Assembly: GCA_041391485.1 (NCBI GenBank)
Contig: JAWKNY010000001.1
Location: forward strand, 89,726-153,725
Source: Bdellovibrionota bacterium
Lineage (GTDB): Bacteria > Bdellovibrionota > FAC87 > UBA2466 > JACKAF01
Direction: 5' to 3'
Length of the DNA: 64,000 bases
Shown: in pieces, positions 62,981 to 64,000 of the stretch
How positions within the stretch are numbered: the first letter of the stretch is position 1
Layout: each line of letters begins with the position of its first letter
Notes under the pieces: generated by a model
Databases searched by the model: none
Told to the model about the DNA's origin: nothing
Seen by the model: the letters and a program-made list of their open reading frames with translations, nothing else
Translations under genes and position numbers: made by a program

Positions 62981-63427
62981 AGGATTCTGAAATAAGTCGT
63001 CGCATGGCCAAAATCGATCCCGCTTACCGCGCGTGGCAGCTATCCGGTTTAGGAAAGCGCTTTAAAGAACGACCTGTTGAAGCTGCCGACATCGTAAGCG
63101 AGCCTCCGGCTAAACCGGAAGGTATCGGAGCCGCGTACCAAAAGTACTTAACAGCCGATCGGCATCAGGTATTGATTTGGATTTTTCGGACGAAAAATCT
63201 GCCAAGGTCGCACAAGAAGAGCGACACCGAAGAGAGACGATGCCGCAGCTCACGCCTATCCCGCCGTTTGTTCCTCCGTTTCAGAAGTAAAGCGGGAGAG
63301 TCTCAAGCAGGCGACCCAGGACTTACGACCGGACCAAGTTCGTGCGTCCTTTGCACGTTGTACCGCTCGGCGTGGTGGTGTTTTTTGAGCTGGATAATAC
63401 AGCGCGTGCCCTCACCCGGCACCGATT

Positions 63428-64000
63428 CTATCCATATTTTCCCCCGTGCCGCTCAACAATCCTTCGACAAATGGGGAGACCCAGCCCCGTACCAGGTCGC
63501 TCGTGGTAACTGTGCAGCCGCTTGAAGGGCTTAAACACTTCCTCGATCTGGTCCTTTGCGATCCCAATCCCATCGTCTTCGATGTGGATGAGCCAATGGG
63601 CACCCTTGCCCCTAGCAAAAATACGAATCGAGGGATGCTCCGTCTCTTTCCTATACTTGAGTGCATTTGAGATAATATTTTGAAACACGTGCATCAACTG
63701 GCTCGGGTTTCCGTACACAGCCGGCAGCGGGGAGCAACTTACTCTGGCCTCTAGAGAGCGAATCTCATCCCCCAATAGCGCGGTCGTGTCTCGCATAATG
63801 GAACTGAGTTCGACCACCTCGCTCTTGGCGTGCTCCCCACTCACCCGAGAGTAGTCTAGAAGGTCGTCCACCATTCTCCTCAGCTTCTCCGCTCCTTTTG
63901 TCATGAACGAAAGGTAGCGGTGAGCGTCTTCGTCAGGGACATGAATGAGCTTTTCCTCAAGAAGGGTTCCGAAACTACTTATCGTGTTTAGCGGCGAGCG
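63428..64000 (-). CDS. sensor histidine kinase, 5' end beyond the window, 3' end frameshifted
   Basis: The frame is open to nt 64000. H-box remnant RSPLNTISSFGTLLEE, N-box FQNIISNALKY, G-boxes DDGIGI and GTGLGLPICRRIVERHGGK. The ORF stops right after HGGK, but the canonical continuation IWIESVPGEGTRCIIQL is in the next frame down to 63303. Confidence 0.8.
   Translation of the reverse strand, partial: RSPLNTISSFGTLLEEKLIHVPDEDAHRYLSFMTKGAEKLRRMVDDLLDYSRVSGEHAKSEVVELSSIMRDTTALLGDEIRSLEARVSCSPLPAVYGNPSQLMHVFQNIISNALKYRKETEHPSIRIFARGKGAHWLIHIEDDGIGIAKDQIEEVFKPFKRLHSYHERPGTGLGLPICRRIVERHGGKYG

Noticed and set aside
62971-63525. 184-aa plus-strand ORF taken at face value
   Set aside because: Its 3' third overlaps the histidine kinase C-terminus on the other strand and is Arg/Ser-rich. 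Its middle appears frameshifted near 63160, so at best only the first 60 or so codons belong to a real (disrupted) gene.
1-64000. tRNA, rRNA, IS elements or integrase marking island borders
   Set aside because: I found no cloverleaf-like or rRNA-like sequence, no transposase or tyrosine-integrase ORF, and no terminal inverted repeats by eye. tRNAscan-SE, Infernal or ISfinder searches could overturn this.

Overview
Bacterial chromosomal window with Gram-negative hallmarks (outer-membrane beta-barrel, lipoboxes, Sec and Tat signals) and heavy use of sigma-54 regulation. No rRNA, tRNA, CRISPR array or intact transposase was recognised by eye.

Layout:
- 0-7.4 kb: sensory genes (a sigma-54 enhancer-binding response regulator, a periplasmic binding protein, a hybrid kinase, a PAS kinase), an FNR-type regulator, and a small FNR-like paralog that lacks an HTH.
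- 7.4-25.4 kb: one tightly coupled plus-strand string of 15 genes behind a perfect FNR box. Order: dihaem cytochrome c, narGHJI, Alternative Complex III actABCDEF, hemerythrin, NnrS, PLP-dependent decarboxylase.
- 25.4-29.5 kb (minus strand): narK, outer-membrane porin, narK.
- 29.5-41.3 kb: beta-carbonic anhydrase, two CBS proteins, a complete molybdenum-cofactor operon (moaA, moaC-mog fusion, MOT1-type transporter, moeA, moaD, moaE, mobA), a second sigma-54 activator, and moeB-rhodanese.
- 41.3-45.4 kb: plasmid/ICE-like remnant. It holds an XRE repressor, ParA, a repeat-rich winged-helix protein carrying an array of CCTC-N5-GAGG dyads, a recombinase fragment with no catalytic domain, and tandem HTH paralogs.
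- 45.4-50 kb: TetR, VOC, SDR, cardiolipin synthase.
- 50-64 kb: accessory tract where many genes are broken by single-nucleotide frameshifts and one in-frame TGA. An intact four-gene cluster of secreted proteins is embedded in it, including two divergent triple-repeat Cys-paired paralogs.

Most interesting candidates:
- the nar-ACIII super-operon and its FNR-box regulon
- the HTH-less Cys-rich FNR paralog
- the dyad-repeat array in the ParA module
- the secreted-protein cluster
- the localised gene-decay tract
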